Source: a plasmid
Sequence record: NZ_CP099764.1
Strand: one strand, 5' to 3'
Length of the DNA stretch: 64,000 bases
Shown here: positions 32,759 through 44,147 of the stretch, piece after piece
Numbering within the stretch: position 1 is the first letter of the stretch
Layout of the letters: each line of letters starts with the position of its first letter
Translations under genes and position numbers: made by a program
The notes under the pieces: model-generated
The model's database searches: none
Told to the model about the DNA's origin: nothing
Seen by the model: only the letters and a program-made list of their open reading frames with translations

Positions 32759-34567
32759 TTACTGTCCTGCCTGTTTCAGCTGGTCAGCAATCTGCTCTTT
32801 CACTTTCTGCGTCAGAACGCCACTGTCCGGGATTTTCTGGTTATTCATCAGGTCTTCGTAGAAGTTAGTGAAATCCAGTCTGTTGAACTGAATTTTCTGC
32901 AGCTCATCAACCGTAATCCCCCGACAGTCAGGATGCTTCGCACTACCAAAACTGATACGCAACTGACCGTTGCGCCCCTGCTGCTGGACTATCTGCGCCA
33001 GCTTCGAATCAAACTGACAGTAGCTGCGTTTTTTCTCCAGACAGACACCCAGCACTTTCTTCGAACAGAACTCCCCGACGCTGACGGTCAGTTTGTTTGA
33101 TTTTGCTTTAGCCAGGGCCTTTTCATCACTGCTGCATTTGGCCAGCCCGATATCCTGTCCCCAGCCGCTGTCCTTACAGCAGTTGCTGTATCCGGCTGCA
33201 GCCTTCTTACAAAATTTCGCCTGACCGGTGAAAGCACGGACATCCACCCCGTTCAGCGCCGCAACATCCTTACCTGCTGCGGCCAGTGCCGCCAGCTGAG
33301 AAACGGCTTCGGCAAAATCATTACTCTGCCCGCTCTGAGCCTTATCGCATTCGCCATCGAGACAGAAGACGTCTCCCCCACAGACCATCACTTTCCCGGA
33401 TGTTTTTGACTCACAGGAGTACGTGGCATATTCATGCAGACAGGCACCTTCTTCGGAGTAAAAGGCACACTGGTGTGACACCAGGGTACAGGCAGGATTG
33501 TCGGTGTAGGTCTGACAGGTTCCCTTGTCTGCTGACTGCGTGACATACGTGTCCCGGTATGCCCAGCAGCTCTGGTACATGCTGTATGACTGACCGTCTT
33601 TCACCAGCGTCCTGTTCCCGCCAGCCTCCGTACATTCTGTTTTTGTCAGTTTCCCCAGCTCCTTGCTGAACGGGCAGCTTTCAGACCAGACAACATACGG
33701 GGTGTACGAGGCTTTTTTTACCCTGACAACCAGACGCAGCTTCATTGCCGTATGACGTTTGAATTTTGTATTCCCGACCCGGACGGGGTGAGATGACGTA
33801 AAAGCCACACCGGCAGTCAGTGTTTTCTGTACTGGTGTAAATGAGGCATCTGCTGAGTATTTGGCATTCCAGCTCAGTGGGGTTCCCAGTACTGTAATTG
33901 TCATAGGTACACTCTTCTGCAGGTAAGTACGACTCCAGCTGTAATGCGCATCGACAATTTCACCGGTAACGGGAGAGGTAATGGAGACAACATACTGACC
34001 ATTCACTTCACGTGCAGGTAGCTGACTCATTTCATACTCCAGCGTCCGGGTTTCCCATGTGGTACTCCCCTGCAGCTCCATACGGGCAGTTCGTGTGCAG
34101 TACTGCTCCACCTGTAAATCCCGCTCACAGGTGTAATTCGTGTATTCACTCCGGCTAATCTCCTGCGCACTGCACTGCTGCCCGGTGTTTCCCACAATGC
34201 TGTCAGCCCGGTTCACCACATCCCTGCCGGTCTGGATAAACGGTGCATCCGGTGAAAGAATGTCTTTCGGCTTGTTCATGAATGACTCTGTAATGGTTTT
34301 TCCGGTTTCACCGGTCGCCCATTCCGTGGTGCCGTCATTTTTCAGGCCGCCATCCCCGCCGGCAGTCACGCCACCGTAATATTTTGTCTCGTCCGGATTC
34401 GCGTTATAGCCGGGGATACTCTCCTGTGGCTTAAAGCCCTGAATACTGCTGCTTCCCTGTCCTTTGATCTGGTGAGCAAAATCAGAGCCGGCCCGGTAAT
34501 CACTGTTGCTGTCAGCCTGTGCCATGCCGGCAACCAGAGCCAGTATCAGAGGTAAAATACGTTTCAT
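32759..34567 (-). CDS. traN: TraN outer-membrane mating-pair stabilisation protein
   Basis: 602 aa, signal peptide, Cys-rich C-terminal half. Confidence 0.9.
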   Translation of the reverse strand: MKRILPLILALVAGMAQADSNSDYRAGSDFAHQIKGQGSSSIQGFKPQESIPGYNANPDETKYYGGVTAGGDGGLKNDGTTEWATGETGKTITESFMNKPKDILSPDAPFIQTGRDVVNRADSIVGNTGQQCSAQEISRSEYTNYTCERDLQVEQYCTRTARMELQGSTTWETRTLEYEMSQLPAREVNGQYVVSITSPVTGEIVDAHYSWSRTYLQKSVPMTITVLGTPLSWNAKYSADASFTPVQKTLTAGVAFTSSHPVRVGNTKFKRHTAMKLRLVVRVKKASYTPYVVWSESCPFSKELGKLTKTECTEAGGNRTLVKDGQSYSMYQSCWAYRDTYVTQSADKGTCQTYTDNPACTLVSHQCAFYSEEGACLHEYATYSCESKTSGKVMVCGGDVFCLDGECDKAQSGQSNDFAEAVSQLAALAAAGKDVAALNGVDVRAFTGQAKFCKKAAAGYSNCCKDSGWGQDIGLAKCSSDEKALAKAKSNKLTVSVGEFCSKKVLGVCLEKKRSYCQFDSKLAQIVQQQGRNGQLRISFGSAKHPDCRGITVDELQKIQFNRLDFTNFYEDLMNNQKIPDSGVLTQKVKEQIADQLKQAGQ

Positions 34568-35205
34568 TTCCCGGAATCTCCTTTCCCTGCCAGTAAATCA
34601 TGAGCCACCTGCCGGCAGTCACCCGTGGCGGCCACTTTCTCCAGCGCCTGGCCGACCCGCAGGTTTCCCCGGATGATGTCGTATCCCTGACGGCAGAACA
34701 CCACCAGTGCCGGTACACTGCGAATGCCGTACTGTGAAAACAGCGTCGGGTCGATCTGAACACCATCAGTTGCGCCGTCTTTCACCAGGGACAACACGGC
34801 TTCAGCGGTGGTCTTCAGGTCATTATTCACCATGCCCCGCAGTGTGGCCGGAATACCGTAGTGCCGGGTTTCGCCCAGCATCCGTTTCAGCCCCTCTTCG
34901 GGAATGGAAAACGACACAAAATACAGGGCACCCTGCCGGGGTTTCCCGTCCTGTGAAGCCTGCTGTTTACGAACCAGCTCATCCAGGAAATGGTTATCTG
35001 AACGCTGAAGGGGGTTTTCCAGCACCTGCTTCTCCGCCCAGGCTTTCAGCTGATGGTCAGGTTTTTCACGCAGTTGTCTGCTTAAATTTTCCTGCTGCTT
35101 CAGGAACTGGCGGTTTTCAGGTGTGTTCACATTTTCTGACGCCATAACCGCCCCGTTCAGCATCATCAGCAGTGCTGCCAGAGATTTCATACTCAGCTTC
35201 ATCAT
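34564..35205 (-). CDS. trbC: TrbC
   Basis: 213 aa, signal peptide; synteny. Confidence 0.85.
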   Translation of the reverse strand: MMKLSMKSLAALLMMLNGAVMASENVNTPENRQFLKQQENLSRQLREKPDHQLKAWAEKQVLENPLQRSDNHFLDELVRKQQASQDGKPRQGALYFVSFSIPEEGLKRMLGETRHYGIPATLRGMVNNDLKTTAEAVLSLVKDGATDGVQIDPTLFSQYGIRSVPALVVFCRQGYDIIRGNLRVGQALEKVAATGDCRQVAHDLLAGKGDSGK

Positions 35206-35210
35206 TCACC

Positions 35211-36203
35211 TCACAGGAAGACACAGTTACGTTTACGCCACATCAGGTAGCCGAAGTTTTTCTTTGTGTTGGGCGGATTTTTCCCGGTTTCCCAGCGGGT
35301 CACGCTGCGCCCGAACGGGTGGCACTGCCCGCTGTCCGGATACATATTCACCATCTGGTAACGCCAGCGTTCTTTGGGCAGGATTGGGGACGGATATTCA
35401 TTACAGACGGCGTTATTTTTCCCGATGGTTTCCATAATCATGCCCTGACGGTGCAGCTTGAACGCCATGCGTTCACTGACCAGCAGGGAGGACTGCAACG
35501 GACTGGACTCATTACTCACCCAGCCATTGAACGGGTACATACTTCCCTGCGAACCGGCACACCAGAACAGAGTATCGATGGGCATGTTAAAGGCGCTGGC
35601 AATGGCATCTGCAGCACAGGCCCCCTGTGCTATCGGATTGGCAAAAATGACGGCTTCCGGATTGAGAATGGTGGTCAGGCTGCTGTCCGTCCAGGTGGGG
35701 TCGATTTCAGAAAGATAAGCGATATCCAGGTCACCACCTTCCAGGCAGCCCAGCGATGTGATGATGTTAAGCCAGTACGTCAGCGGGTATTTGTACCAGT
35801 GAACGTGATAGAACGCTCCGTTCACCTGCTTCTCATCTTTTTTCGCCGTTCCCTGTGCCGTTTTACCAAAAGCCGGCAGGCTGAAGCCCAGGTTCACCAT
35901 ACATCCCGGTGACCGGGTGACGTCCGTCAGCGCCATCGGCTCCCAGTAACCAATGGCCAGTCCGATACGCCTGAACAGCGGCGGCGGTGCCGGACAAATC
36001 TGAATGGGCATCGACGGGTTCGCCGTGTCGGGGACCTTACCCTGACTGACTTTGATACTGCCCAGCGAGAGCGGGAAAATACAGCTCCAGCAGATATCCG
36101 TGATCGGGTTTACAAAACGCCCCTCACAGGCAGAATCCGCAGACGCCGCAGGGACATGACCGGCGAGAAGGAATAACATCAGCAGCCACAGGCTTCGCTT
36201 CAT
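35211..36203 (-). CDS. traU: TraU
   Basis: 330 aa, signal peptide; synteny. Confidence 0.9.
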   Translation of the reverse strand: MKRSLWLLMLFLLAGHVPAASADSACEGRFVNPITDICWSCIFPLSLGSIKVSQGKVPDTANPSMPIQICPAPPPLFRRIGLAIGYWEPMALTDVTRSPGCMVNLGFSLPAFGKTAQGTAKKDEKQVNGAFYHVHWYKYPLTYWLNIITSLGCLEGGDLDIAYLSEIDPTWTDSSLTTILNPEAVIFANPIAQGACAADAIASAFNMPIDTLFWCAGSQGSMYPFNGWVSNESSPLQSSLLVSERMAFKLHRQGMIMETIGKNNAVCNEYPSPILPKERWRYQMVNMYPDSGQCHPFGRSVTRWETGKNPPNTKKNFGYLMWRKRNCVFL

Positions 36204-36832
36204 TTTCTGCCCTCCTCTGCCGGAATAAATTCCACCTTCAGGAAGCGATTGCCGGGAACGGCGCTCACCCGTGCCGGTACCTGATCGATGCCGAGGCGCT
36301 GGCAGAGCACACCGTTCTGGTCAAAGTAAACACGGCTGTCCAGTGCTTTCTGCATCTCCGGGATACTGCCCTGCACCAGGATAATTTTGCTCTCCAGTGT
36401 GGGCGGCGTCTGGCGTTTCATCCAGGCAACCTGCGCCGGATCATCGCCATTGATGAAATACAGCGTCTGGTTAAAAGGAACATACTGCAGCGGATTCATC
36501 ACTTCACCCTGGCGGGCAAACACCCGCCCTTCGTTATCCCGGATATCCGCAGCCAGTCTGACGGACGGGTCAAACAACCGGCTGCCGTATTTCTCCGTGC
36601 GTCCGATACCGGGCACGGCAGGGGGCCGCAGACTGTTGCGGATCACCCGCTCCTTAAAGGCATCCATTTTCCGGCCCATCTCACCGGACTGCTCCAGTAC
36701 CGTCAGGCGCTGCATGATCACCGTCAGCATGTCCGGCTCCTTTACCGGCCACAGATCGCCCCAGGTGCCAAGATCGGCGGCGGCCACACTCTGCCCCCAT
36801 ACCAGCAGGGCAATCAGCCCCCGACATCTCAT
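36200..36832 (-). CDS. traW: TraW
   Basis: Start at MRCRGLIALLVWGQSVAA (signal peptide), 210 aa. Confidence 0.85.
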   Translation of the reverse strand: MRCRGLIALLVWGQSVAAADLGTWGDLWPVKEPDMLTVIMQRLTVLEQSGEMGRKMDAFKERVIRNSLRPPAVPGIGRTEKYGSRLFDPSVRLAADIRDNEGRVFARQGEVMNPLQYVPFNQTLYFINGDDPAQVAWMKRQTPPTLESKIILVQGSIPEMQKALDSRVYFDQNGVLCQRLGIDQVPARVSAVPGNRFLKVEFIPAEEGRK

Positions 36833-37215
36833 GGTTCTGCCCTCATTCGCCGGGCAATATCCTGCTGGATTTCCCGGGTGATATCCGGTGCCCCCTGTAC
36901 CACAGCAGGCGACACCAGAATGACCGCGTGGTGTTTCTGCTGCCACGCCTGCAGGCTGGCTTCCAGTGCCGTGTTAAAACGCGCTGAAAGGGCTTTTGAC
37001 TGTACTTCTGACAGTTGTTTCTGACTGGCGCTGTCAAAAAACGCATCTACGGTCTGTTTCATGTTGAAGGCGACAGTCACCGGTGCGTTCAGTCTGACAA
37101 TGCCGTAACTGACAGCTGCGTTCAGTAACACCATTGCCAGACAACCTGGCACCGTCCACCACCAGTGGCTGCGTCGTTCTGCCGTGACGTCGGCGGGTTT
37201 CTGCGTTGAACTCAT
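36829..37215 (-). CDS. trbI: TrbI
   Basis: 128 aa; synteny. Confidence 0.8.
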   Translation of the reverse strand: MSSTQKPADVTAERRSHWWWTVPGCLAMVLLNAAVSYGIVRLNAPVTVAFNMKQTVDAFFDSASQKQLSEVQSKALSARFNTALEASLQAWQQKHHAVILVSPAVVQGAPDITREIQQDIARRMRAEP

Positions 37216-39839
37216 GCAACACTCCTGTATTTCTCATGTTCTTCCAGCCAGGCTTCCAGCGAAGCCATCTCCGGCCCTGACTTCTTCCACGCCAGCTGCC
37301 ACACCGCCTCATGAATACTCAGCCCCTCTTTACGTTTCTGCTGCACAAACTCAAAATCCGGGCCGTCAGAGCTGTACATGGCGCGGCTTAACGGGTCCAC
37401 AAACAGGCGGTGCCAGGAGGAATGGTTTTCCACCTGCAGCAGGAAGGAACTGAACCACTGATCTTTGGCCGCACCGAACTTACCAATCATGTCACGCTGC
37501 AGTGGCAGGAACTGGTCCGGATACAGCTGGTTGTATTTCGCGAACTCCTTCGCACTCTGTTTGAGGATAATTTTGTAGGAGGAGTTACCCCATGCCGCGC
37601 GGGCAGCACTGGAGGCCTTGTCAGAGTCAAAGTCGACGATGTTCTGTGTGATGGTGATATAGGCACCGGTATGACGGCGGGCGGTACGGTAACCTTTCTC
37701 AATAAACTCACCGACCTTGTGATTTTTGAAGTCCAGCAGACGCCATCCCTCATCAATGACGTTCAGTTTTTTGAGGTTACGCGGCGTGCGGTACATCCTG
37801 TTCTCGATGTAAATAATGAGGCTGAACATCACCGCAACCAGCAGTGACGGACGGTCTTCCAGTCCGCCCAGCTCCAGCACCACCATTTTCGCATCATCCC
37901 GCAGGGACGGCTCATCAGAGTTAAAATACCGGCCGTAAGTGCCGCCGGCGGTATATTGATCCAGCAGGACAATCATTTCATCCAGACGGCTGCGGATGGT
38001 CGGTGACTCGACATACTGGTCGTTATCACGGGCGTTTTTCAGGAAATCCACCACATCATCGATGCGCGCCCTGTTCTTTTTAGCCAGCCAGGAGGCCCTG
38101 ACCGCCTGCAGCAGCAGACCTTCATGCACTTCATCCAGGTTACCGTTGGGGCTGGCCATCACCGACAACTGGTCACGGACACGCTCCGCTGACTGGTCAA
38201 TATCGGTGATGTTCGCAAACGGGTTAAAACGCAGGGTTTCACCGTCCAGATACACCCCGCCCATGTTCTCACACAGGGACTTATATCCATCCCCCATGTC
38301 AAACACCACGGCAAAGCCCCCGGAGTCCAGCACGCTGCGGATAAGGGGCTGTATCAGTCCGGTTTTACCGGCCCCGGAGGTGCCACAGACCGCCATGTTG
38401 TAGTTGGTGTTATTCATCCCCCGGAAGAAAATATCGATAAACGCCAGCTGGTTACGGTAGGTGGGTGCCAGCAGACCTGCCGGTGTCAGGGGGTTATCCG
38501 CCACTAACGGCATCAGGTTGGCCACATTAAAGCTCTCTGCGCGCTGAACCACACCGGCCTCTTTCAGCTGTTTAAACAGCCCTTTCCCGGCCATAAAGGG
38601 AAGGCAGGTCAGGAAATTACGCATGTGGTTAAAGCGCGGTGAAATCAGCTCAAAACCGTTTTTACGGAAGCTGTTCAGGATGTCCTGCTCCACTTCCAGC
38701 GCCGTTTCATTATTGTCCTTGCAGAATGCTGTGATGTTGAGGAAGTAGGACACGACAGAGGACTGACCGGAGCCCAGCCGCTGACGCAGTTCCCCCCACT
38801 CCTTCGCCTCTTTCTCCACGGACGGAAACCATTTGGCATAGGAGGTCTTCGACTTTTTCTCCAGGTCCATGTACTTCAGGTTGGCTTCGCTGTGGGTTTT
38901 CACCTGGTCTTCCACCACCAGAGTCAGCGTCAGGATGAACGGACAGGAGATGGACAGTTCCGGGTTCAGCAGGTTGCTGTAGTTGTCGGCCATGTTCCAC
39001 AGGAAGGCGATTTCCGGGTTACGGGCCAGATGGAAATTCAGGATGCGGGCCGTGCTGTTCCTGCCCTTCTCACGCAGGCCCAGCGTCAGGTAATCCGCCC
39101 GGACTTTCAGGTCAAAACTGTCCTCCACACACTGATAATTCAGATCAGAATACGGGTCCAGCTGACGTCTTTTCGGATACAGGGAGTCCGGGTTATGGTT
39201 AATCATCTCCCCGACAATATCGATAAAGGCCTGTGCATCCACCGCCTGTGTGGTGATACTGGCCCCCTGTAACGACGCCCGGATGATTTTCACCAGGTTT
39301 TCCATTTCCAGAATATCAGCCCGGCTTTTTTTCTTCGAGGGAGAACAGTACGAGAAGAATACCCGGTAATGGCGCAGGGTCAGGGGCAGATTCATCCCCT
39401 CCGGCAGCGGAAACTGTGTCGCTGCCGCGTTCATATAATAGGCACGGGTAATGGCGTTAAACCGTTCAGCCTGTTCACCCGACCAGGAGAACTCACGCAG
39501 CCCGTATTCAATCCTGTCACCAACCAGCTGACTGGACATCAGATGGATGCAGAACGGCACCCCGCGCGGCAGTTTGGTGCGCAGCATGTGATCGAGGGCC
39601 TCCACAATGGACTCATTCGCCCCATTGATGGGAATGGCTTCCAGCATAAAGCCCATCGTGGTGTCATTCATGAACAGACCGGATTCCTGGTTGTAATCAC
39701 GGTACGGCAGCAGACGACTGAACTGCGGGAAGCTCATTTCGCCCAGAACTTCATTGGCCTTTGCGGATTCGTCAGGCAGTTTCAGTGCTGTGACGAGGGA
39801 GTTAACCGCCTGAGTGACGGCCTCAAGTGGATTATTCAC
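37212..39839 (-). CDS. traC: TraC, VirB4-family ATPase
   Basis: 875 aa; Walker A GTSGAGKT. Confidence 0.95.
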   Translation of the reverse strand: MNNPLEAVTQAVNSLVTALKLPDESAKANEVLGEMSFPQFSRLLPYRDYNQESGLFMNDTTMGFMLEAIPINGANESIVEALDHMLRTKLPRGVPFCIHLMSSQLVGDRIEYGLREFSWSGEQAERFNAITRAYYMNAAATQFPLPEGMNLPLTLRHYRVFFSYCSPSKKKSRADILEMENLVKIIRASLQGASITTQAVDAQAFIDIVGEMINHNPDSLYPKRRQLDPYSDLNYQCVEDSFDLKVRADYLTLGLREKGRNSTARILNFHLARNPEIAFLWNMADNYSNLLNPELSISCPFILTLTLVVEDQVKTHSEANLKYMDLEKKSKTSYAKWFPSVEKEAKEWGELRQRLGSGQSSVVSYFLNITAFCKDNNETALEVEQDILNSFRKNGFELISPRFNHMRNFLTCLPFMAGKGLFKQLKEAGVVQRAESFNVANLMPLVADNPLTPAGLLAPTYRNQLAFIDIFFRGMNNTNYNMAVCGTSGAGKTGLIQPLIRSVLDSGGFAVVFDMGDGYKSLCENMGGVYLDGETLRFNPFANITDIDQSAERVRDQLSVMASPNGNLDEVHEGLLLQAVRASWLAKKNRARIDDVVDFLKNARDNDQYVESPTIRSRLDEMIVLLDQYTAGGTYGRYFNSDEPSLRDDAKMVVLELGGLEDRPSLLVAVMFSLIIYIENRMYRTPRNLKKLNVIDEGWRLLDFKNHKVGEFIEKGYRTARRHTGAYITITQNIVDFDSDKASSAARAAWGNSSYKIILKQSAKEFAKYNQLYPDQFLPLQRDMIGKFGAAKDQWFSSFLLQVENHSSWHRLFVDPLSRAMYSSDGPDFEFVQQKRKEGLSIHEAVWQLAWKKSGPEMASLEAWLEEHEKYRSVA

Positions 39840-39998
39840 ATGAATTCCTTAGTTGAAAAATAAAGCGAGAAATGCGGTAGCCATGAAGGGAATACCTGTA
39901 ATTAACGCGCCATTTCCCGGCACATATACAAAGATTTCTGTTTTCTGAATATCCACTCATGTTCATCCGGAATTAAATCACTATGTTCTGCGACTGAC

Positions 39999-40220
39999 TT
40001 ATGCATAATGTTTTCTCTGTCTTTCCTGATACGCCTGACATTCAACGCACAACGTCACACCGGGAAATATTTTCCGCCGGGCTTCCGGAGCAGGATTCCC
40101 GCATGCTTCACAGAGATAAACAGGAATACCATGAGCATTTATTTTCTGGCGTATCCGGTTTATTCCTGTCATGGTCAGTTGTTCTGTCACTGAATATGCT
40201 TCATCGGCTTCATCACTCAC
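39999..40220 (-). CDS. traR: TraR (DksA/TraR C4 zinc-finger family)
   Basis: 73 aa with CEACG...CVEC. Confidence 0.85.
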   Translation of the reverse strand: MSDEADEAYSVTEQLTMTGINRIRQKINAHGIPVYLCEACGNPAPEARRKIFPGVTLCVECQAYQERQRKHYA

Positions 40221-40354
40221 GGAATATTCCTCCCGACATGTTCTGACACGCTACCGCCCATCCCTTTTCACGCACAGGGCACTCGTTTTACAGGCAGATT
40301 TTGAATACAGAAAGCCTGCCGGCATTGCCGGCTGATATACAACTTCAGGGCCAG

Positions 40355-40870
40355 TTAATTAATACGTGGTTTTCCCCACGCAGACGGTTTAATAACAAAA
40401 AACACGCTGGATGGCTGATGATAAACATCCTGATTATCAATATAAGGCGCTATCCATAATGCAGCCGTCTGCTCACCCGTTCTTAGCGGACGAGGAGGTG
40501 TTACCGGCGCAACTGAACTGACCGGAACAATCGTTTTCACTTCCCGGGCAGCGGTAAACAGCGGGCGTGGTGCCAGCAGTTTCTGCTCCGGATGTGCTGT
40601 CACCGCAGGTCTGCTGCCGGACGGAGTGGCCGCGGTGACGGTCTGCACCGGCATTGTCCGGAAGTTCCCTTCACCCAGGCGCGGCAGTGATGCCGCAACC
40701 GGCTTTGCTTCTGAGGACTGCTCCAGTTTTTTGGCCTTCTCATTGGCCTGCTCCATCGTCATACAGGTATCGGATGTGGTGGCGTTACACTCAAATTCCG
40801 TATTAGTTCCGGCACAGCCGGAAAGTAATAAGGTCCCCAGCAGAGGAATAAATAAAGAAATCTGTTTCAT
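40355..40870 (-). CDS. traV: TraV outer-membrane lipoprotein
   Basis: Lipobox LLSGCAG; 171 aa. Confidence 0.85.
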   Translation of the reverse strand: MKQISLFIPLLGTLLLSGCAGTNTEFECNATTSDTCMTMEQANEKAKKLEQSSEAKPVAASLPRLGEGNFRTMPVQTVTAATPSGSRPAVTAHPEQKLLAPRPLFTAAREVKTIVPVSSVAPVTPPRPLRTGEQTAALWIAPYIDNQDVYHQPSSVFFVIKPSAWGKPRIN

Positions 40871-41118
40871 TGTCCCTCACCTTTCTCATCGCAGTTCACA
40901 AAATCATTCTTCAAATCCCTGACCGTACAGGTTTTTACAATGTCAGGATTTTCAAAAACCGTATTCCGTGATGATTTATAAACATATGCCACAATGCGTT
41001 TCCCCCCCGCATCAGGTTCTGGCACACTGACTTCACATAACGGAGGGGTTATTCCGGATTCATACAGCACCGGATACTTTATTTTTTTGACGCTGCCATC
41101 AGAAACCAGCTTATTCAT
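40867..41118 (-). CDS. trbG: TrbG
   Basis: 83 aa; synteny. Confidence 0.65.
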   Translation of the reverse strand: MNKLVSDGSVKKIKYPVLYESGITPPLCEVSVPEPDAGGKRIVAYVYKSSRNTVFENPDIVKTCTVRDLKNDFVNCDEKGEGQ

Positions 41119-41431
41119 CGAAGGGTTCCTTATATTTCTGAATAATTCTGTCGATTAGTTCTTTCACCGGAACAGATTTTCCGCTACCGGATTGTCCGGC
41201 AACCACAATATGCCCCGGAGAAGAAAATAAGCTCATCGACATACCCTTCTTCATCACACCGACAGCAGCCATATTAAAATTGTGCGGCAATGATTCAGAA
41301 CTGAATTCCTTCGGTGCAGGAAGTACGATTCTTGTGGTGCAGTTACTGAGAACAGCATGCATAAGATCATCTGATACGCTTTTATCCGGTACAGAGCGGG
41401 CAGTAATAACATTAATATTACGCATGTTCAT
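41111..41431 (-). CDS. trbD: TrbD-position ORF (start uncertain); contains a P-loop-like GQSGSGKS
   Basis: ORF between traP and trbG; the ORF-track N-terminus overlaps traP, so an internal start is likely. Confidence 0.4.
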   Translation of the reverse strand: MNMRNINVITARSVPDKSVSDDLMHAVLSNCTTRIVLPAPKEFSSESLPHNFNMAAVGVMKKGMSMSLFSSPGHIVVAGQSGSGKSVPVKELIDRIIQKYKEPFDE

Positions 41432-41999
41432 TTTTATCTCCGTTGTTTCTGATTGTTCTGTCATCAGGGAAATAAACATGGCACTCCCTGATTTTTCCCG
41501 GCAGGGAAGTGTCTTCTGCAAGAACTTCCTTCAGACGCTCATCTGCTGTTGCCACACGGACACATTTCATTTTTCCGGGTCGCACCGGATATTTCCCGGT
41601 GCCTGCCGCAAACGACATATACATAAGTGCCAGCGTTGCCCAGAATGCGGTGACCAGTTGCATCAGTGACCGGTCAGTCTCCCTGACATAATCTGCAGCA
41701 TCAGCAGCACGGTAACGGCAGATTTTCTCTTCTGCTCCTGGAAGATCATGCAGAGAAGGCAAACATTCTCTTACAGGAAACTGCCCGGCAGGGGCTGTTT
41801 GTCTTACGAAGTCAATTTCCTGAACCAGTAATTTTCCTGGTGTGGTGTTGTCCTTCCATAAAACAAACAGAGCCATCAGGGCCATTGTGGCCAGTGGCCA
41901 GATAACCACAAACCTGACGACCCACAGCAGCCAGCGAACGACAAACGCCACACGGAATGTCAGTGCATCACCCGCCATTTCCGCCCTCCTTGCCGGCAT
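41418..41999 (-). CDS. traP: TraP
   Basis: 193-aa membrane protein; synteny. Confidence 0.8.
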   Translation of the reverse strand: MPARRAEMAGDALTFRVAFVVRWLLWVVRFVVIWPLATMALMALFVLWKDNTTPGKLLVQEIDFVRQTAPAGQFPVRECLPSLHDLPGAEEKICRYRAADAADYVRETDRSLMQLVTAFWATLALMYMSFAAGTGKYPVRPGKMKCVRVATADERLKEVLAEDTSLPGKIRECHVYFPDDRTIRNNGDKNEHA

Positions 42000-43419
42000 C
42001 CCCGCCCAGCGGGTTCTTGTCTCCGGACATAAACTGCTGCGGATTCAGATTGCCCAGCTGTTTCAGCATCTGGTCGGTGTTAAAACCGTTCAGGTGGCTT
42101 TCTGCCGAGGGAGGATTCGGCACCGGGCTTTCCGGGTTACCCTCTTCCGCTGTACTCTGTGACTGCTCCAGCGCCATTTCCTCCACGGTTTTCAGCTGGA
42201 AGCCGTCCTGGAACACCACGGTCACTTCGTTGCCCGCACCAATCGGTATCACCGGGTGATACTGTTCGGCACGTTTGATGTAGTAGTCACTGAGCGTCTG
42301 TGCGGCTTTCGATGCGCCGCCACCGATACCCATTTTCAGGACATCACCAGCCCCGTAAGCGGCTGTGGCACCCAGCCCGACAGCCGGCTGGGAGGCGCGC
42401 TCCATTCCCTGACCGATACCGTCAACAAATCCCGCGCCCCATGCCCAGCCGAGGATTTTGCCGTTACGCATCACCACTTCGCCCTTGATACCGTTTTTAC
42501 CCCGGAAGCTGACATGCCCCTTAATCGGCATATCAATGGTTTTGCCGTCCTTCAGGCAGCTGATATTGCGGGTACGTACAATGGCACGCTCACTGGAGAC
42601 ATCCCCCCAGGCTTCCAGCCCCACAAAACATCCCGTTGCGTCATACGTTTTGCTGTTCGGCATTTCCACCAGGCCGGTGATACGCAGCTGCATCGGCACC
42701 GTGGATTCATTACCGGTGACTGAGGCATTGGCATCCGCCCCTTCAATCAGCATGGCTTTCGCAAAACTTCCTGACGGAATGTACGGCAGTGATGGTCCCT
42801 GTTTTCCCTCATTACGGGTAAACACCTTACGCTGTATCCGGTTAGGCACCGGCACAGACTGGTACGTCACCTGTGGTGGTGGCGTGACACCATTCCCGGG
42901 ATAAAACGCCGTCGGCGGTGGAACAGCAACGCTGCCCTGCGGCGGGAAGGATACGGGGGTGTTTCCTGGCTGTGGTTCGCCTTCCGGCCCGGGCGGTGAG
43001 GCTGGCGTCTGCGGTACAGGCTCACCGGTCGCGGTGACGGGATTTGCACCCAGGGCTTTCACCTGCTCTGCCAGTGCAGCATTGTCCTGTCCCAGCTTTT
43101 CAATACGACGCTGGTCATAACCGCGCTGTTTGTTCAGGACATCCAGTTCACGACGGATTTCCTCATACTGCTTCTGCATCTGTGCCGCCGTCACCTGCAT
43201 CTCTGTAGTAGCATGCTGACGCACCTTGTCATCAAAGGTCGTATCCACCACACCGGTCATATCCGGCACAGGCTCCTGTTCAGCCACGGTTTCACCGTTA
43301 CCGGACATGTCCACATCAGACAGATACAGCGCACCACCAATCGCGGAGGCTGCACCGACAACCACAATCCCCAGCCACAGGTACTGCTTGCGTTTCACAA
43401 TGGTATTGATACTGGCCAT
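41968..43419 (-). CDS. traB: TraB (VirB10-like)
   Basis: 483 aa; N-terminal TM segment, proline-rich region. Confidence 0.9.
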   Translation of the reverse strand: MASINTIVKRKQYLWLGIVVVGAASAIGGALYLSDVDMSGNGETVAEQEPVPDMTGVVDTTFDDKVRQHATTEMQVTAAQMQKQYEEIRRELDVLNKQRGYDQRRIEKLGQDNAALAEQVKALGANPVTATGEPVPQTPASPPGPEGEPQPGNTPVSFPPQGSVAVPPPTAFYPGNGVTPPPQVTYQSVPVPNRIQRKVFTRNEGKQGPSLPYIPSGSFAKAMLIEGADANASVTGNESTVPMQLRITGLVEMPNSKTYDATGCFVGLEAWGDVSSERAIVRTRNISCLKDGKTIDMPIKGHVSFRGKNGIKGEVVMRNGKILGWAWGAGFVDGIGQGMERASQPAVGLGATAAYGAGDVLKMGIGGGASKAAQTLSDYYIKRAEQYHPVIPIGAGNEVTVVFQDGFQLKTVEEMALEQSQSTAEEGNPESPVPNPPSAESHLNGFNTDQMLKQLGNLNPQQFMSGDKNPLGGDAGKEGGNGG

Positions 43420-44147
43420 CAGTTGCCCTCCCCGTCACGGATGACATACACATCCATGCGCGCACCTGCCAGTAACTGGCTGGCAGGCTGGCTGAACATC
43501 ACGGCACGGGTTCCCGGCTGCCAGAAGTCACTTTCCCGGATACTCAGAGCAGACAGAGTTTTATTTTCCACGGCAAAGCGGACCATCTTCAGGTGATTCC
43601 CCGTCCATACGGCATCTGCCACTGAAGACAGACCCGCCGGGGCCTGCAGGGTTTCCTTTGTCACCGGGACCTGATACCAGCCTGCGGGTAATTTTCCGCC
43701 ACGGACGGCCTGGCTGATGGTCACAAGCAGGGATTCGTAAGGCGTGGACGTTTCCCACGCACCGGCTTCTTCTCCGGTTCCGCGCAGGTCACTGACAAGC
43801 TGAATGGTACGCCCCGCGCCTTCACGGGGAACGGCCTGAATGGAAAGATTCAGACCACGTTCTGTTTCCAGAATGAACGTAAAGGGCTTTTTGTTGACGG
43901 TGGCCACCACCACACTGCCGGAGGCGGTCTGCTCATTATTGGTCAGGGCACCATCCAGACTGTTCACGGCGATAATCCGGTCACCGGGAACGGTAAACAG
44001 ATTCGGGCTGGTATTGCTGATGGCAATACTGGCCTGACCACCGTTCACCATTGGCACCACGGTGGGGGCCAGCGTACCGTTTGCGGCCATCACGCTGCAG
44101 GAAAAAAACAGGCTGCCGAATATTATTGCCGTATTATTTTTTCTCAT
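43419..44147 (-). CDS. traK: TraK (secretin-like)
   Basis: 242 aa with signal peptide; synteny. Confidence 0.9.
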   Translation of the reverse strand: MRKNNTAIIFGSLFFSCSVMAANGTLAPTVVPMVNGGQASIAISNTSPNLFTVPGDRIIAVNSLDGALTNNEQTASGSVVVATVNKKPFTFILETERGLNLSIQAVPREGAGRTIQLVSDLRGTGEEAGAWETSTPYESLLVTISQAVRGGKLPAGWYQVPVTKETLQAPAGLSSVADAVWTGNHLKMVRFAVENKTLSALSIRESDFWQPGTRAVMFSQPASQLLAGARMDVYVIRDGEGN